Shown one piece after another: positions 15,201 to 31,875 of a DNA stretch of 248,000 nucleotides. How positions within the stretch are numbered: position 1 is the first letter of the stretch; each line of letters opens with the position of its first letter. The notes beneath the pieces were generated by a model. The model was not told where the DNA came from and made no database searches. It was given only the letters and a program-made list of their open reading frames with translations. This DNA comes from Octopus vulgaris (taxonomy: Eukaryota): assembly GCA_951406725.2 (NCBI GenBank), contig OX597815.1, positions 189,740,001-189,988,000 of the forward strand. Reading direction: 5' to 3'. The translations under genes and the position numbers were made by a program.

Positions 15201-18200
15201 GGGCAGAGAGTTGCATCAACATCTGGCTAGAGTGGAACAATGTAAAACAAAGTGTTCTTCTCATAAACACAATATATAAACCCATCCAAAGATAACTCAC
15301 AATTTTGTGAACATCCTAACCCGTGCACCCCGACAAAATGAAATATGAACTGGAAATTATTTGCTTGGTATCTGAAGCACCTGGAAAACCATAGAATAAT
15401 TTAGTAGTATTAATAATAATAATATTTCGGTTTTGGATTTGGATTTGGTTTACCAGATTCTTTAAATGAGTTCGTGTGTTGAAGCATATTCTGTTGTGTC
15501 TGGGGAGAGTCATTTTCTTTTTGTGCCTTATAATGTAACACACTCACTGGTAAAATTTCCACTTATTTCTTGTTTTCCTTTTCCCTAAAATTTGCGTTGG
15601 GTCTTGCAAGACTATTGAAGATCATTGAAAAGGTTGCAAGATGCAACGAGAATTTTAGGAAAATAAAAATAAGAAATTTTATTGGTGAACGTGTTACATT
15701 ATAAGGCACAAAAAGAAAATGACTCTCCCCAGACACAACAGAATAATAATAATACTTATTATACAAATGCAGGCATTGCTATAGGTGCAGACATGTATGT
15801 GTGGTTGAGATGCCTACTTTGTAACCACATGATTTCAGGCTCAGTCCCACTGTGCAGCCCCAGGCTAACCAATGATTCGTGAGTGAACTTGGAAGATGGA
15901 AACTGTGTGGAAGCCTAATGTATATATATATATGTATGCATATGAGTAATAATTTTTTTTTATTCGTTTCAGTCATTTGACTGAAATTAAAACTTTCTAC
16001 CAAAATTTCATGTTAACCTATGTTCCAAACTCTGACTTAATATTGGTTAAGTTGTTTTAATAATTTTGTTTATCCTTTTCAATATTAATTGTAACCAAGG
16101 CAGTGTAGTTCAACAGAGATATGGTGACAAAAGGTCTACTCTTCAAGAGATAGGTCAACAGAGCTTTCATTTAAACACAGGGTTCGGCACGCTAGGATAA
16201 ATTACCTCAAGTAGGGTAAAACTGAAATTCTTGGAAGTAATGAGACCACATTAGACGTAATGAGAACACATTAGACGTAAGATGTGACCCCCTTCGGTCA
16301 TAAATGACCAAGGGATTGCACCTAGAAAGTTACCCTCCCAGGCACAAGTCTGGGCAAGGTTGTTTATGGAAGACCAGCAGCCGCCCATGCATACAAGCCT
16401 CTCCGCTCTACGCCCCCGATTTTATCCAAGGGAAAGGCAAAGACCGATACAGCTTGGCACCAGTGACATCGCAGCTCATTTATTAATGTGTAAGTGGCTG
16501 AGCACTCCACAGACGAGTGTAACCTTAACGTAGTTCTTGGGGAGATTCAGCGTGACACAGAGTGTGACAAGGCTAGCCCTTTGAAATACAGGTACAACAG
16601 AAACAGGAAGAAAGATTGAGAGAAAGTTGTGGTGAAAGAGTACAGCAGGTTTCACCCCCACCCTGCCGGAGCCTAATGGAGCTTTAGGTGTTTACGCTCA
16701 ATAAACACTCACAATGCCTGGTGTGGGAATTGAAACTGCAATCCTACGACCACGAGTCTGCTACCTTAACCGCTGGGCCATTGCACCTCCACAAGTAAAA
16801 TTATATTTAAAAAAGCATGTTCCTTGTTTACTAGAGAAATTTTTCTTCTGGCAACACTGCTTCTGTTCAATGTAATGAATGTGCAAATAGATTAATATAA
16901 ATAGATTCAATAAAATGGATACAATAAACCTTTTGAATTCAAAGAATCTATGATTTTCTTCCTTTCAAATCAAGAGGGTAATGTTGGTGCAAATAAATAT
17001 ATTTTGGGGTAATTGGTTAAAAAAGTTCTCCAAACCCTGCTTTAACAGCTTTAATTTTTCTGTAGAAGTTATTAAAAAATGATATTAAAAATTATTTTCA
17101 TATTTTTATCCCTACAACTATTTGTAAAGGAATCACTTTTTCAAGATCAGTGACGAATAGTTACTGGAAAAAGGATATTAATATTTGCATTGGGAACTCC
17201 TTTCCTCGAAGACTGGTGATTGTCGTATGCTGATGATGGGTCAAGACCCAGAAACTGCAGTCTGTGCGTATCACTTAGGTTGATGAGGGAAGGATGACCT
17301 CCCTTAGCAAAGTGTGCCTAAAGCCAGCTGGAGGAGATGTTCTCCTGGGGCTACACGCTACAATAACACCCACCCTTAGTGGTTAGCCATATTGAGATGG
17401 CAAATATACCTCACATATTTGTAAAGGATTTTGCTTAAAAGCTTCAGATTTCTTTTAAAATTACAGATAGACTAGAAAGCAAAACCTGAGCAGAGACTAA
17501 TAAAAAAAAAGGGGTCGAAAATGAAATGAAACTAAATAAAATAATTATTTCTATGGTTTTGTTGTGGTTAGATAAAGGCATTGAATGTCTGCAACAGCAG
17601 TTACAATATGTGTCCACTGAGAAAACTATAGAGGAATCAAACAAGGTAGCACTTAAATGAAACATTCTATGAAGCAAGCATTTACAGAAGGCGCTTCTAC
17701 ATTATAACTCATTCTGCTAGATGTAACACCGAATCTCTTTCAATCATCATCATCATCATTGTTTAACATCTGCTTTCCATGCTAGCATGGGTTGGACGAA
17801 TGACTGAGGGCTGGTGAACTAGATGGCTGCACCAGGCTTAAATTTTGATCTGGCAGTGTTTCTACAGCTGGATGACCTTCCTAACGCCAACCACTCCGAG
17901 AGTGTAGTGGGTGCTTTTACATGCCGCCGACATGGGGTCAGGTCCAGTCAGGCAGTACTGGCAACGACCTCACTCAAATCTTTTACATATGCCACCGGCA
18001 CAGGTGCCAGTAAGGCGATGCTGGTAATGATTATGCTCGAATTGTGTCTTTTACATGCCACCAGCATGGAGGCCAGATAGCCACTCTGGCAACAATCACG
18101 CTCGGATGGTGCTCTTAATACCCTACAAGCACAGAGCTCGAGTGCCAGTAAGGCGACGCTGGTAACGATCACGCTCGATAAAAAAAGGAAAATACTTTGA

Positions 18201-19002
18201 CGAATGTAGTTTTGGATGCATAACTCCTGAACAAAAAAATAAAAGGTCCATTCCTTAGTCCTTGACTCTGTTATAACCATCACAACTAAGATCATACTGC
18301 AGAACCAGCATCATAGTTTTAGCCTCATGTGTGGAATGCCCCTAATAATTGTTCTGCTTGATTAATCAGAACAAATTTAGGATTTAACTACAACAGGTAT
18401 TCACCTTCTAAAAGCTTTAACAAATTACATGCAAAAATAAAAGAAAAAATTCTAAACCTATTACGATTTTACTGTATTGTGTCCAAACCTCCTTCCTCTC
18501 CTCCTTCAGGCTCTGAATTAACCCCTACACCAAGTTCTCCCTTTCCAAAAACATCAGCTTTTTTGAAATTCCCTCCATGCCAATGTTTTTTTCCCTGTAG
18601 CTGTCAACTTGTAATTTCCAGCTATTCATGAGGAACATTAATTGTGTCGATCTGACTGGTCTCAGAAGACCCTGTGAAGGATACGGTTGCAGGTCCTTCC
18701 TCCAGACCAAACTAATAAATATAAATGCTCTGGATGAGAAAACATAAACAATCTACCTGTAATAACAGCACATCAACACAGTTTTCAAAAGTAATCTCTG
18801 AAGCTTTCTCACCTAATTAAAATCTCTCCAATAGAATTGCATGCATAGACACACACACACAGGTGCATTTGTGTACATGCACAGACACAGACACACACAC
18901 GCACATACATGCAAACATATACGTATGTGTGTATATATGTGTATGTATATATATGTGTGTATGAGTGTGTTTATGTATCTCTCTCTTTCTCTCTCTCTCT
19001 CT

Positions 19003-19036
<34 letters not shown>

Positions 19037-19385
19037 GAACATATATATGTATATATATGAACATATATAATGGTATATATTCATATGCATATACAAATAT
19101 GCATATATATATACATATATACATGCACATATACATACATATGTGTATATCTGTCTAACTACCTACCTGTTTATATATACATACATACATACATACATAT
19201 ATACACATATATATATATATATATATATGTATATATGAACATATATAATGGTATATATTCATATGCATATACACATATGCATATATATTTATACATATAT
19301 ACATGCACATATACATACATATGTGTATATCTGTCTAACTACGTACCTGTTTATATATACATACATACATACATACATATATACA

Positions 19386-19431
<46 letters not shown>

Positions 19432-22400
19432 TCATACATATCATATGTGCATATATATATATGTATATTTATGTATCTATCTATATGTATATAATATACA
19501 TACAATTATACATCTGCGTATATATATATTTATATATATATATATATATATATATACAGATGTATATGTGTATGCATTGCTGTATATTCTGTGCAATTAT
19601 GGGAAGTCTTAGTTGAAGGGAACGGGATGCCCTCTAGAGATCAGAACAGAATAACTGAATGATTTTCTGCAGAAGTGAATTCTAAAAGTTAGGAATTACT
19701 GACATGTGTGGTTCAAGGAGGGAAACAGGAAATGCCATGAAATGAAGTTTTGTCTAGTAAACACTTAAGGTGGAGATTTTTGCAGAATCATTAAAGCATC
19801 AGACGTAATGTCTTCTAGTATTTAATTCCAGCCCTTTGTTTTCTGAGTGCAAGTCCTTGCCTTCCCCCTTTCCAGAGTTAATAAAATAAATGCTGGCCGA
19901 ATACCTTAGTCCATTTAGACAACAGATAGGTAAGCGTAGTGAAGGCATGTGGTTTAGTAGTGGCAAGCTGGCAGAAATGTTAGCACGCTGGGCGAAATAT
20001 GTAGCCGTATTTCACCTACCGCTACGTTCTGAGTTCAAATTCCGCCAAGGTCGGCTTTGCTTTTCATCCTTACGGGGTCGATTAAATAAGTACCAGTTAT
20101 GCACTGGGGTCGATGTTATCGACTTAATCCGTTTGTCTGTCTTTGTTTGTCCTCTCTGTGTTTAGCCCCTTGTGGGTAGTAAAGAAATAGGTATTTTGTC
20201 TGCCGCTACATTCTGAGTTCAAATTCCGCCGAGGTCGACTTTGCCTTTCATCCTTTTGGGGGTGATAAAATAAGTACCAGTTACGCACTGGGGTCGATGT
20301 TATCGACTTACTCCCTTTGTCTGTCCTTGTTTGTCCCTTCTATGTTTAGCCCCTTGTGGGCAATAAAAAAAAGAATAAAAATAAAATAAAATAAGAATCA
20401 TCTTTGCATGGAAATGCAAGCATTCTCTGCAGGGTTCTTGAAGCATGATCAGTAAACAAGTGTCACCTTAGTCTGCTGGCTCTAGGCAGCTGACACTTCC
20501 AATCATACCCAGCAAAATAAAGATGAGAGTTTATATGATATAACAACAACAACAACAATGATAATAATAATCTTTCACAGCTACAAATCAAAGTGATACC
20601 AGCTAAAGTTTGGGAAAGTGAACGTGATATGCAAGATCACCCACTTCATGGTGTTTTTTGATATTCTTTGCCTTAGTAAAAGATGCAATGCTTGTGGCTG
20701 AAATATCTTAAAAGTGTGGGGAGGGGGTAATCTCTGACTAAGCAACAACAACAACAACAACAATGGAAAATGATGTAAATAATTCTTGAGAGCTGTTTTA
20801 ATGTTTCTGCAAATATAGTTAATATTTTACAAAAAACATCCAAAATAATAGTATCCAAAATAAATATGAAACCCAAGTTAACAGAACTTTCAAAAATTGT
20901 TGTATAGTATAAGTGCAGGAGTGGCCATGTGGTAAGTAGCTTGCTTACAAACCACATGGTTCCGGGTTCAGTCCCACTGCGTAGCACCTTGGGCAAGTTT
21001 CTTCCACTATAGCCTCGGGCCAACCAAAGCCTTGTGAGTGGATTTGGTAGATAGAAACTGAAAGAAGCCCGTTGTATATATGTACATATATATATGTGTG
21101 TGTGGAGGTGCCATGGTCCAGTGGTTAGGGCAGCAAACTCGCGGTCGTAGGATTGCGGTTTCGATTCCCAGACCGGGCGTTGTGAGTGTTTATTGAGCGA
21201 AAACACCTAAAGCTCCAGGAGACTCTGGCAGGGGGTGGTGGCGATCCCTGCTGTACTCTTTCACCACAACTTTCTCTCACTCTTTCTTCTGTTGGCCTGC
21301 TCACTTAGCCAGTGGGGTGGCGTCATTTGAAGGCTAAAACAATGCGAAGCGCACTGTGACCAGCGATGTGTAGCAACATCTGATAGCCTGGTCGGTCATG
21401 TGATCACGTGATATATATATATGTGTGTGTATATGTTTGTGTATGTATGTTTGTCCCCCCAGTGTCACTTGACAGCCGATGTTGGTGTGTTTACATCCCC
21501 GTAACTTAGCAGTTAGGCAAAAGAGACCGATGGAATAAGTACTAGGCTTACAAAGAATAAGTGCTATTTCTGCTATTTATTACACTTTCTTTTTTCCTTC
21601 ATTCATTTTCAAATGTTTTTGGTTTGCCATAATTGCTTATTTCTGCTAATTAAATAGCATTCATTATATCGTATCTCCTATTATTCACAGTATCTTTTTT
21701 TATAATATGGCCATCACTCCTAATCGAATATGACTTGGTAGCAACGTGCACAATGAATTTCTCTAAAACTATTTTTTAAGAGCTCATGTAATCATGGCAA
21801 ACTCAAATACACAAACACACTTTTAATCCTCCCACCCTTCACTCAAAAGAACATCCGAAACATGACAGCTAGAGGGAGAGAGCGGGTTCCAACTTCTTAC
21901 ATAATAAATGCATTAAAAATAAAACTTCCTTGATAATGGAAAGTTCACAATGACAACATCACAAACCCCCAAGGAGCCATTATTTAGGAAGTTTACTACA
22001 TAAACATTACAGGAATGCTAAATGGTTTGGTGAATGGAACGGCAGTACAATACTGGAGCATGACATATCATTGTATAATTAGTTTCTTTTGATGGCATTC
22101 AATCAATGCTTCCAAGTGAAATGGTGCAGTTGATGGAATCTACACCAGATTCTTAACATTCTTAACCCCAGAGCTATTTATTTAATTTTATTTTATATTT
22201 GCTTTTTAGCTCCAGTGTGAAGGTGCATAGCTTAGTGGTTAGAGCATAGAGCTTAAGATCGTGAGGTTGTGAGTTCAAATCTGGAACCAGGCTGTGTGTG
22301 GTGTTCTTGAGCAAGACACTTTATTTAATGTTACTCCAGTCCACTCACCTGTAAAAATGAATAGCAACATCACTGGTGCCAAGCTGTATTGGCCTTTACC

Positions 22401-25400
22401 TTTCCCTTGGACAACATCAGTGGTATGGAGAGGAGAGGCCGGTATGCATGGGCGACTGCTGGCCTTCCACAAACAATCTTGCCCTGACTTGTGCCTCAGA
22501 GGGTAACTTTCTAGGTGCAATCCCATGGTCATTCATGACCAAAGGGGGTTTCCTCCTCCTTAGATCCAGTGGTTAGGTTTCTCATGGATATCTCTGGTTC
22601 CCCATGTTAGTTTCAAATATTGGAACAAGGCCAGCAAGTTTCTATATTTAGAATCCCCTTAAATATATGTGTGTGTGTGTGTGTGTGTGTTTCTCTTGAT
22701 GCTGTGCAATACTTGCAAATAAGCGTCACCATCATACTAATACTGTCACTTGCTTCTAATCTTTCATGAAAACATGTGCAGCCATGGGGAAATATTAACT
22801 TGTTTAGAAGCAAGTGAAGGTAGGTGACAGGAAGAGCATCTAACTCTTTACTCTTTCTTTTACTCTTTTACTTGTTTCAGTCATTTGACTGCGGCCATGC
22901 TGGAGCACCGCCTTTATAATAATTTCAAATTTTGCCACGAGGGTAGCAACTTTGGGGAAGGGGATGAGTCGATTACATTGACCCCAGTGTTCAACTTGTC
23001 CTTATTTTATCGACCCCTAAAGGATGAAAGGTAAAGTCAACCTCGGCGGAATTTGAACTCAGAACGTAAAGACAGACAAAATTTTGGAGGGGAAGGGTAC
23101 CAGTTGATTAAATTGACCCCAGTATGCAGCTGGTTCTTAATTTATCAACCCCGAAAGGATAAAAGGCAAAGTTGACATCGGTGGAATTTGAACCTGGAAC
23201 ATAGCGTCAGGCAAAATACTGCTAAGCATTTCGTCAAGTTCGCTAACGATTCTGCCAACTCACCACCTATAGAAAAAAAACTACCTGAATTATTTCCATC
23301 TGACTTTGCAAGCATAGAAACAATGATCATTATTATAATGATGATCACACACATGACATACTTCAGCTCTAAACTCTAATGTACCATGCAATGGGATCAA
23401 ACCCCAAAGTATATGATTCGAGGGTAAATTTATTAAATAATAATGTTTTTTGAACCCTAGAAGAACTGGAGGTGAAGCTGGCCCTTGCACGGTTTGAATT
23501 CATGCCGCTGTATCACTGTGATAAGGCATTTATTGTTTTCTTCTAAAAATCTCAGGAGGCATGGCTGTGTGGTAAGAAGCTTGCTTCCTAACCACATGGT
23601 TCAGGGTTCAGTCCCACTGTGTGGCACCCTTAGGTAAGTGTCTTTTACTATAGCGTCAGGTTGATCAAAGTGTTGTGAGTGGATTTACGTAGATGAAGAC
23701 CGAAAGAAGTCCATCATACATATGTATGTATATGTGTGTGTCTTTGTGTCTGTGTTTATCCCCACCACCACCAACACCACTACTACTACTACTATTTGGC
23801 AACCGGTGCTGGTGTGTTTGTATCACCATAATTTATTGGTTCAGCAAAAAAGACTAATAGAATAATTACCATGCCTTTTAAAAGAGAAGTATTGTGGTTG
23901 ATGCATTTGAATAAAAATTCTTCAAGGCAATGCCCCAGTATGGTCACAGTATAATGGCTGAAACAAATAAAAGAAAAAATAAAAGAAAAAGTTATATCTA
24001 ATACCAGAAATTATTGTTGTACTTTACCTTGTTTAGCATGTACAAAAATATAAAACACATCTTCCACTAGCAAAGGAACCTGTACAAGCTGTCGGAAATA
24101 ACAGCCAAATTCCTGTTAAACCACACTCTCTAAATCTAATAGAACACATCAAGTGTGTTACATTGTTAATCTCTCTATATATAAAGCTGAAGTTGTCCGT
24201 GTATGGCAGGTTTGGTAGCCTTCAACTAACACTATCTCCTCCGAGACCCTGCAGCACAAGTTGACCAAAATTGAGAGTATGATAGAAGAAGGCTTGCTCT
24301 TCCTTCCGTAGAAGATAAAATTCAAATCGGACCATGTTAAGACCAAAAATTATTTACATCAAAGAGGTGCTTTTTTTCTATGAAAATCCCTATTTTTTAC
24401 GATTTTTTTACTGCTGTGTCGCCATTTATCGGTGTATTTCAACCAGAAAAATGTTCACTTAAAGAGAATAACAAGCTACATAATGCAAAATTTTTACTTT
24501 TCAAAAATTCCAATTCTAAAGGGTCGAAAAGAAAACAAGCCTGAGCAACGCTGGGCTATACTGATAGTTTTTAATAAATGAAATATGTTTCCCAATGAGT
24601 TTCTGGACAAACCTATAATCTATCCGGGACCTAACTGTTAGTTAATTTGCTGTGCATATTCATAAGAGAACCTTAACTTTAAAATTACTAATGAATGATT
24701 AATTTCGAATGTAAAAGCTTGGCAAGGGTTAATATAGCATACCAACACAATGATGCTATCTTGCATAAATGATAGTAAACATTAAAATATGGAACCTAAA
24801 TAGATTTTTTTTTTTTAATGTTTCCATAGGAAATCTGATTATGATCATTAGTAGAATGCACTAATGACTAAATAAAAACAAACAAAAATATTATCAACCG
24901 ATTTCACATTACAGCATCTGGTAGTTTCAATATTTTTTCAATAAGAATTTAAATATCTTTTAGTATTTTCATGCAGCGCTTTCTTTCTGACAGGAAATTG
25001 ATTATGATCAGCTTTTTATAATTAGGGAAACAACTGTTTTAACCTTATCAGTAGAAAGAGAAATGTATATAGATAATTTTAATAGGAACTAAAATATGTC
25101 CTAAGGTTTCAGCTGACTAGAAATGTAAATTGTTAGGATAATAACTACAAGATAATATCAGAAGGAAACTCCATGCATCCATTATCAGTATGGAGAAATG
25201 GATGTGAAATCAAGAATGAATAAATTAAATGCTCTGACTAGGAAACTGAATATGTTTTGATATTCACAACAGGAAATTGATTGTGTTTTAATGGCCTCAC
25301 TAGGAAATTAAATGTATTGATAGAGAAACTAAGTATCTGATAGCAGTTTAAATAACAACCAGTAGAGAGAAAATAGTGCAGCCAATTTAGTGTGTTCGGG

Positions 25401-25816
25401 TTTCCTTTTGCTTGACTCCATATTAGGAAGTGGGCAAGAGAAATAAAGTCATAAATTTTGAGTGAGTACTCAAGCTATAAAGCTCTAAAATAACGTTGCT
25501 TCTGATCGTTAGATCTTGACGAGTTTATTGAGTCATTTTTGATGAGTTACACTTCTTGTCTCTTTGTTGTCAATGATTTTAATACTTTTTTTTTTCAGCT
25601 CTTTACTCTTTTACACTTTTACTTGTTTTCAGTCATGTGACTGTGGCCATGCTGGCGCACCGCCTTTAGTCGAGCAAATCGATCCCAGGACTTATTCTTT
25701 GTAAGCCTAGTACTTATTCTATCAGTCTCTTTTGCCGAACTGCTTAGTTACAGGGATGCAAACACACCAGCATCAGTTGTCAAGTGATGTTGGGGGGCAC
25801 AAACACAGACACACAA

Positions 25817-25901
<85 letters not shown>

Positions 25902-28900
25902 TATGATAGGCTTTTTGCAGTTTCCGTCTACCAAATCCACTCACAAGACTTTGGTTGGCCTGAGGCTATAGTAAAAGACACTTGCCCAAAGTGCCATACA
26001 GTGGGACTGAACCCGGAACCATGTGGTTGGTAAGCAAGCAACTTACCTCACTCCTGTGCCTATATATGGTATGAAATCTATAAAGTCAGGTAGAAAACCA
26101 ACCATCCACTGACTTAAGAAACCTTATCTTTATAAAATAACATTGACAACTACATGTGAAAAATTAAGAAGTTCAAACTATGATTCACTTTAAAGAAATA
26201 ATTGAAAATATTAAAAACTAGTTATGGTTAGAAGCTGCTTAATATAAACTTGTCATACAAATACTGTAGATGCAACATTGTGCTTATATTGCAATCATAT
26301 TCTTTGATGTGTATTTACAAAGGCAAAGTGGATGTCTCTGACATATTTAGGGTGCTGAATCTAGGAATTACTCTTAAATGTTTGGTTGCTATCTTTTATG
26401 TGTTGGACGAAGCAGAAACGACTAGGACTTTACTTTCCAACAGCAACAACATATAATCTTTTAAAAGTGTTGATATTTCATTCAAAACAAAAGCTTATTG
26501 AAATAAATGTTTTGTTTGGTAAATTCAAAGCAGACATTTCATCTACGTCATCATTATCATGTCTTTATTGGCAGATTTTTCCGAAACAGTCTGTCATTGT
26601 GTCACAATCTAAACCACGAATTAACTGTAGCAAATAAGAAATTTTGTTTGAAGTTTTTAATGTGACTTCTGTTAAAAGAAGTGGAAATAGAATAGGTAAA
26701 TAGAAGAATATCTAGTTCACAAAAGGTAAAAAAAAAAAATTAATGATTTATAAAGTAATTATTATCTATTTTCCAAGAAGCAAATTCTCTCTGAAATGAT
26801 ATTAAGAAATTATATTTGCTTCAATTATTTGTTACGATATTTTATTATCATGTTTTAGTACTTCATTGTCTAACATGGTTGCTAGCCAATCAAAAACATC
26901 TATTATCCATACACCAATTTTATCTTTATTCACTTCTCATATTTACTCAGTATATAGAAATTCCACTTTGTATTGTAAACTGTGTAATCTTTAAATTGAA
27001 ACCAAAATTTAAGAACTCATTGTCTCATGTCACATATGAACCCATATTTATCAAATTATCTTATATATTTCCATTAGGTGTAAATTGATTTGGCTTCGAG
27101 GCAGCTAACACTGTTTTCACTATAATACGTACCTAATTACTAACGGTATATCAATTGTGTGAGAGAAGAAAACGCAGGGTTTTCAAACAAATTAATGCTA
27201 ATGATAGACTCAGCTGCTGTTTCATAAATAATCAAAAGATATTTATACATATCAAAAGAATCCAATTACATTTTACCTTAACTTTTAATGTGATGTTATT
27301 TCATTGTTGTTTGATTCTTGTAGGAAATATTTACCAATGTTTTCCTTTTCTTTTCATAGAATCCAATATTACTTTGAAATATCAAATGAATAGCTGGAGA
27401 TCAAAGAAAAAGTGGGTAGCATTACATTTTAAGAATTGTTCAGACTCCAATTTTCATGATGACGATGGTGATGGTGGGTGGTAGTGGTGGTGGTGGTGGT
27501 GGTGGTGGTGGTTGTGGTGATGACGCCAACATCGATGACAATGATGACAACGACGATGTTAAGGAGAGGGGAGAGAGAGACGAGGGGAGGGTGATGATGA
27601 TGATGAGAACGATGGCAATGGCGATGATAAGAAGGAGGGGAGAGAGACGAGGGGAGGGTGGCGATGGTGGTGGTGATGACGATGAGAATGATGACAACGA
27701 CGATGATAAGGAGGAGGGGAGAGAGACGAGGGGAGGGTGGTGATGGTGGTGGTGGTGGTGGTGACGACGATGATATTGATGACAATGATGACAACGATGA
27801 TTATAAGGAGGCGTGGAGACGAGGTGAGGGTGGTGGTGGTGGTGGTGGTGGTGGAGATGATGATAATGATGGCGACGATGAGCACGATGACCATGATGAT
27901 GGTGATGATGGCGATGACAACAGTGATGACAACAACAACGATAATGATGAATGACAGTGGTAATGGTGAAGGTAGTGAGTGATACATATGATGACAACAA
28001 CAACAACAGCTGCAATGTTGACAATGCTGACGAAGATGACGATTTTTGGAAATAGAAATAATACATTTCTAAATCTCTGATTTAGAGAGATTTATGTATT
28101 TGCAGCACAATAAAGTGATAGCATGCTGTTAACTTAATGTGACAGTCCCATGAAAGGGAAGAATGCTACTGTTATTTAGTCCTAGGAAACACTGTTCCCT
28201 GTTGGACTAGACATATTTCCTGTGTCCTTATGTTTTCAAAGTGGAGACAAGCTCCTCCGCTCAGCAAAACCAGCAACCAGAGACTAGTTTCATATGCATT
28301 GCTCATCATCAGTCTGGAGTAGCATGGCTTGCTAGCTGTCGATGCTTATCTGCCTTTGAAAACATAAGGACAGAGGAAATGTTATTTCTTAACTTCCCAC
28401 AAGGGGCTACACACAGAGGGGACAAACAAGGATAGACAAACAGATTAAGTCAATTACATAGACCCCAGTGCGTAACTGGTACTTAATTTATCGACCCCAA
28501 ATTTGAACTCAGAACGTAGCAGCAGACGAAATACCGCTAAGCATTTCGCCCGGCGCTAGCGTTTCTGCCAGCTCGCCGCCCTAAAACACAGGAAATGTGT
28601 CAAGTCCAACAGGAAATGGTGTTTCCTAGGGCTAAATAACAGTAGTATTCTTCCCTTTCATGGGACTGTCACATTAAGTTGACAACATACTATCACTTTA
28701 AAGATGATGATGTAGATGATGATGCTGATGCTAACGAGAAGTAGAATATGAAAAATCATGTTGATGATAATACCCATTTATAATTGGGAGGGAAAAAATG
28801 GGTAAATGAACAGTGTCGAAACATCACCAAAACCAAAGTGCTAAGCCTTTACAAGTGGAACTAGAACTTATATAATACCAACAAAATATCTTGATTAAGG

Positions 28901-30811
28901 AATTCCAAAAATGAAAGGTAGATATAACCTTAAGCATACATTTATTTCTGAATCAAGAGAAATATTTCTCGCAAGAAACATTACTCAACTTACAATAATC
29001 AATATCAAATATTTTGGTATATTTACATTGATAAAATATGAAGAGGCAATCATTGTATAGTTTCATAAGCTGTTTGCAAACCAACTAAAGAGAATTATTA
29101 CCAGAGACAAGGAAGAGATTAAACAAAGCACTGAAGGAAAACAATCGCAATAACTATCAGAAAATTAAGTAAAAACCAGAGAAATATTAACCAAATATGG
29201 ATAATAATTTCTGCAAATTGATTTTATTGAGCATAATAAGGATTTAGGCAGGAAGGTAGGAGAAAGTAATAAAAGTGAAATATAAGAGTAAAAAAATATA
29301 TAAAACTAAATAGAAAACAAATTAGAGTCCATAAAGAATAAGATAATAAAATAAAATAATCAATATTGAAAATAAATTAGGGGATGTTAATTAATTAAAT
29401 TTGTAATGGAGAGCATAATATAAAACCTTTCTGATCAAATTCAGATTTTTATCAAATTTGTTTGTCAGTTAATCACTTAGGAACATATTTTGCTTTTTTT
29501 TATTATTAAAATCAGTCATCAATAACTCCTGTCATTATTTGTATAGAAATAATTTTTGTTTATTCTTCTCTTCACCATATTTGCAAATCTATGTGTCAAT
29601 AAAAGATATTTCTGAAACACACTACTGTCTTTTCCTTTCTCTGTTGTTATATTTGTTTCATATTTCCAGTTTTTCTCTATATGAAGGCACAGAAGAGAAA
29701 GGTTTAAAAATAATATATCTTACCATAAGTGACAGTTATAAAATAATAACTTAGTTTCTTTCAAAAGCCAGGTTCTACTTCTTAGATTGCGGTTTCAGAA
29801 CAATATTGCAATCTATAAATAGTCATCTGTACAAAAACAATATTTTCTCCATGCAGATGTCACCCTCAGTAGGTTTTCTAATTGCACACCATACAAGCTA
29901 TATCAGTAAAGATATAGCTGTGAGGTTAAGGAGTCTGCATAGCAACCATGAGGTTTTAGGCTTGATTCCACTGCTTACCACCTTTCACGGTTCAGTTTGG
30001 TACACAGAAACTGTACAAAGCCTGGTACACAGACCACGTAAAAAGCACCATCCGTTCATGGCCGTTGCCAGCGCTGCCCCAACTGACCTCATGCTGGTGG
30101 CACATAAAAAGTACCATCCGTTCGTGGCTGTTGCCAGCCTCGCCTGGCCCCCGTGCCAGTGGCACATAAAAAGCACCATCCGATCGTGGCCGTTTGCCAG
30201 ACTCGTCTGGCACGTAAAAAGCACCCACTACACTCATGGAGTTGTTGGCATTAGGAAGGGCATCCAGCCGTAGAAACATTGCCAGGTCAAACTGGGCCTG
30301 GTGCAGCCTTCTGGCTTCCCAGACCCCAGTTGAACCGTCCAACCCATGCTAGCATGATAATGGTGATGATGATGATATATATATAAACCCAAGCTTAACA
30401 AACAATGATTAAGTTAATCTTATTTGGGGTTTAAAAATCTTATCCCTATAACTAAAACACAAAAAATATCTAAAAAGTACTGCTGGCATCATTTCTTAAA
30501 ATAAACATTGAAAAATGGTTTGGCATCATCTCTAAAAATAGCCAAGCCCCTACTACTGCTGTCCACAGGAACATATATAAAGAACAAAAGACAGCCAGTC
30601 AAGCACAGTTGAAACATTCCTGTCACAACCTGGGACCTTGAAGACTGCATGCAAGAAAGTATACTAGTCCCTTAATATTTGATGTTCAATATTTCATCTA
30701 TTCAATAAGACAATCAATACTTCATTTCATTTTACTATATATTCTATATTCTACTTTAATATTATAAAGAATACAAATAAAACATAAAAAGCAGACAGAG
30801 TTGGAATTCCT

Positions 30812-30846
<35 letters not shown>

Positions 30847-31293
30847 ATCCAAACAAGAAAGCACAAAAAAAACACAACAACGTGGGAACATGGAACAAAT
30901 ATAGTATTATTGGACGCTCAGGAAAGAAGGAAAGAAGGAGGGTTTAACGTTTCGAGCGGAGCTCTTCGTCGGAAACATATATATATATATATACATTTAA
31001 TGCATGTAATAAAGTGATCCATATGTTGAGAACCTCAAACATATTCTTCAGACGCAAACCACATGTATTATGACCTTTAAATAAATAATATTTATCTGTC
31101 ACCTGATGGAGAACCTTTTTGTTGAATTTTCTATCAAGGTGTGGTAAGTAGCTTGCTTACCAGCCACATGGTTCTGGGTTCAGTCCCACTGCATGGCACC
31201 TTGGGTAAGTGTCTTCTACTATAACCTCAGGCTGACCAAAGTCTTGTGAGTGGATTTGGTTGACAGAAACTGAAAGGAGCCTGTTGTATATAT

Positions 31294-31371
<78 letters not shown>

Positions 31372-31837
31372 CAAAGCAAAGTTGTGTGTTATAAACAAAT
31401 TATATTACCTGATCTGAATGTTTTTATGTAAACTATTTTCTGACTCATCAGAGAGGATACACAAAGCCTTACAATTTACTTTTGAAAATCTTTTTAAATA
31501 AGTGAAACCGGTTAAGTTAATAAATACTTTTAAAAGACTCCTGCATTTTCAGATATTTTTAACTTACACACACGCACAGACACACTCACATGTATATATA
31601 CGTATGTATGTATTTATGTGTCTGTACTTGTCCTCCCACCATCGCTTGATAATCGATGTTGGTGTGTTTACATCCCCATAACTTAGCAGTTCAGGAAAAG
31701 AGTCTGATTGAATAAATACTAGGCTTACAAAGAATAAGCCCTGGGGGTCAATTTATTCGACAAATGTGGTGCTTTAGCATGGCCACAGTCAAATGACTGA
31801 AGCAAGTAAAAGAATAAGGATATATATACATATATAC

Positions 31838-31875
<38 letters not shown>

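Noticed and set aside
18362-18710. Long open frames on both strands near 18.5 kb
   Set aside because: No recognisable motif, internal stops in the splice-compatible frame, and no partner exons.
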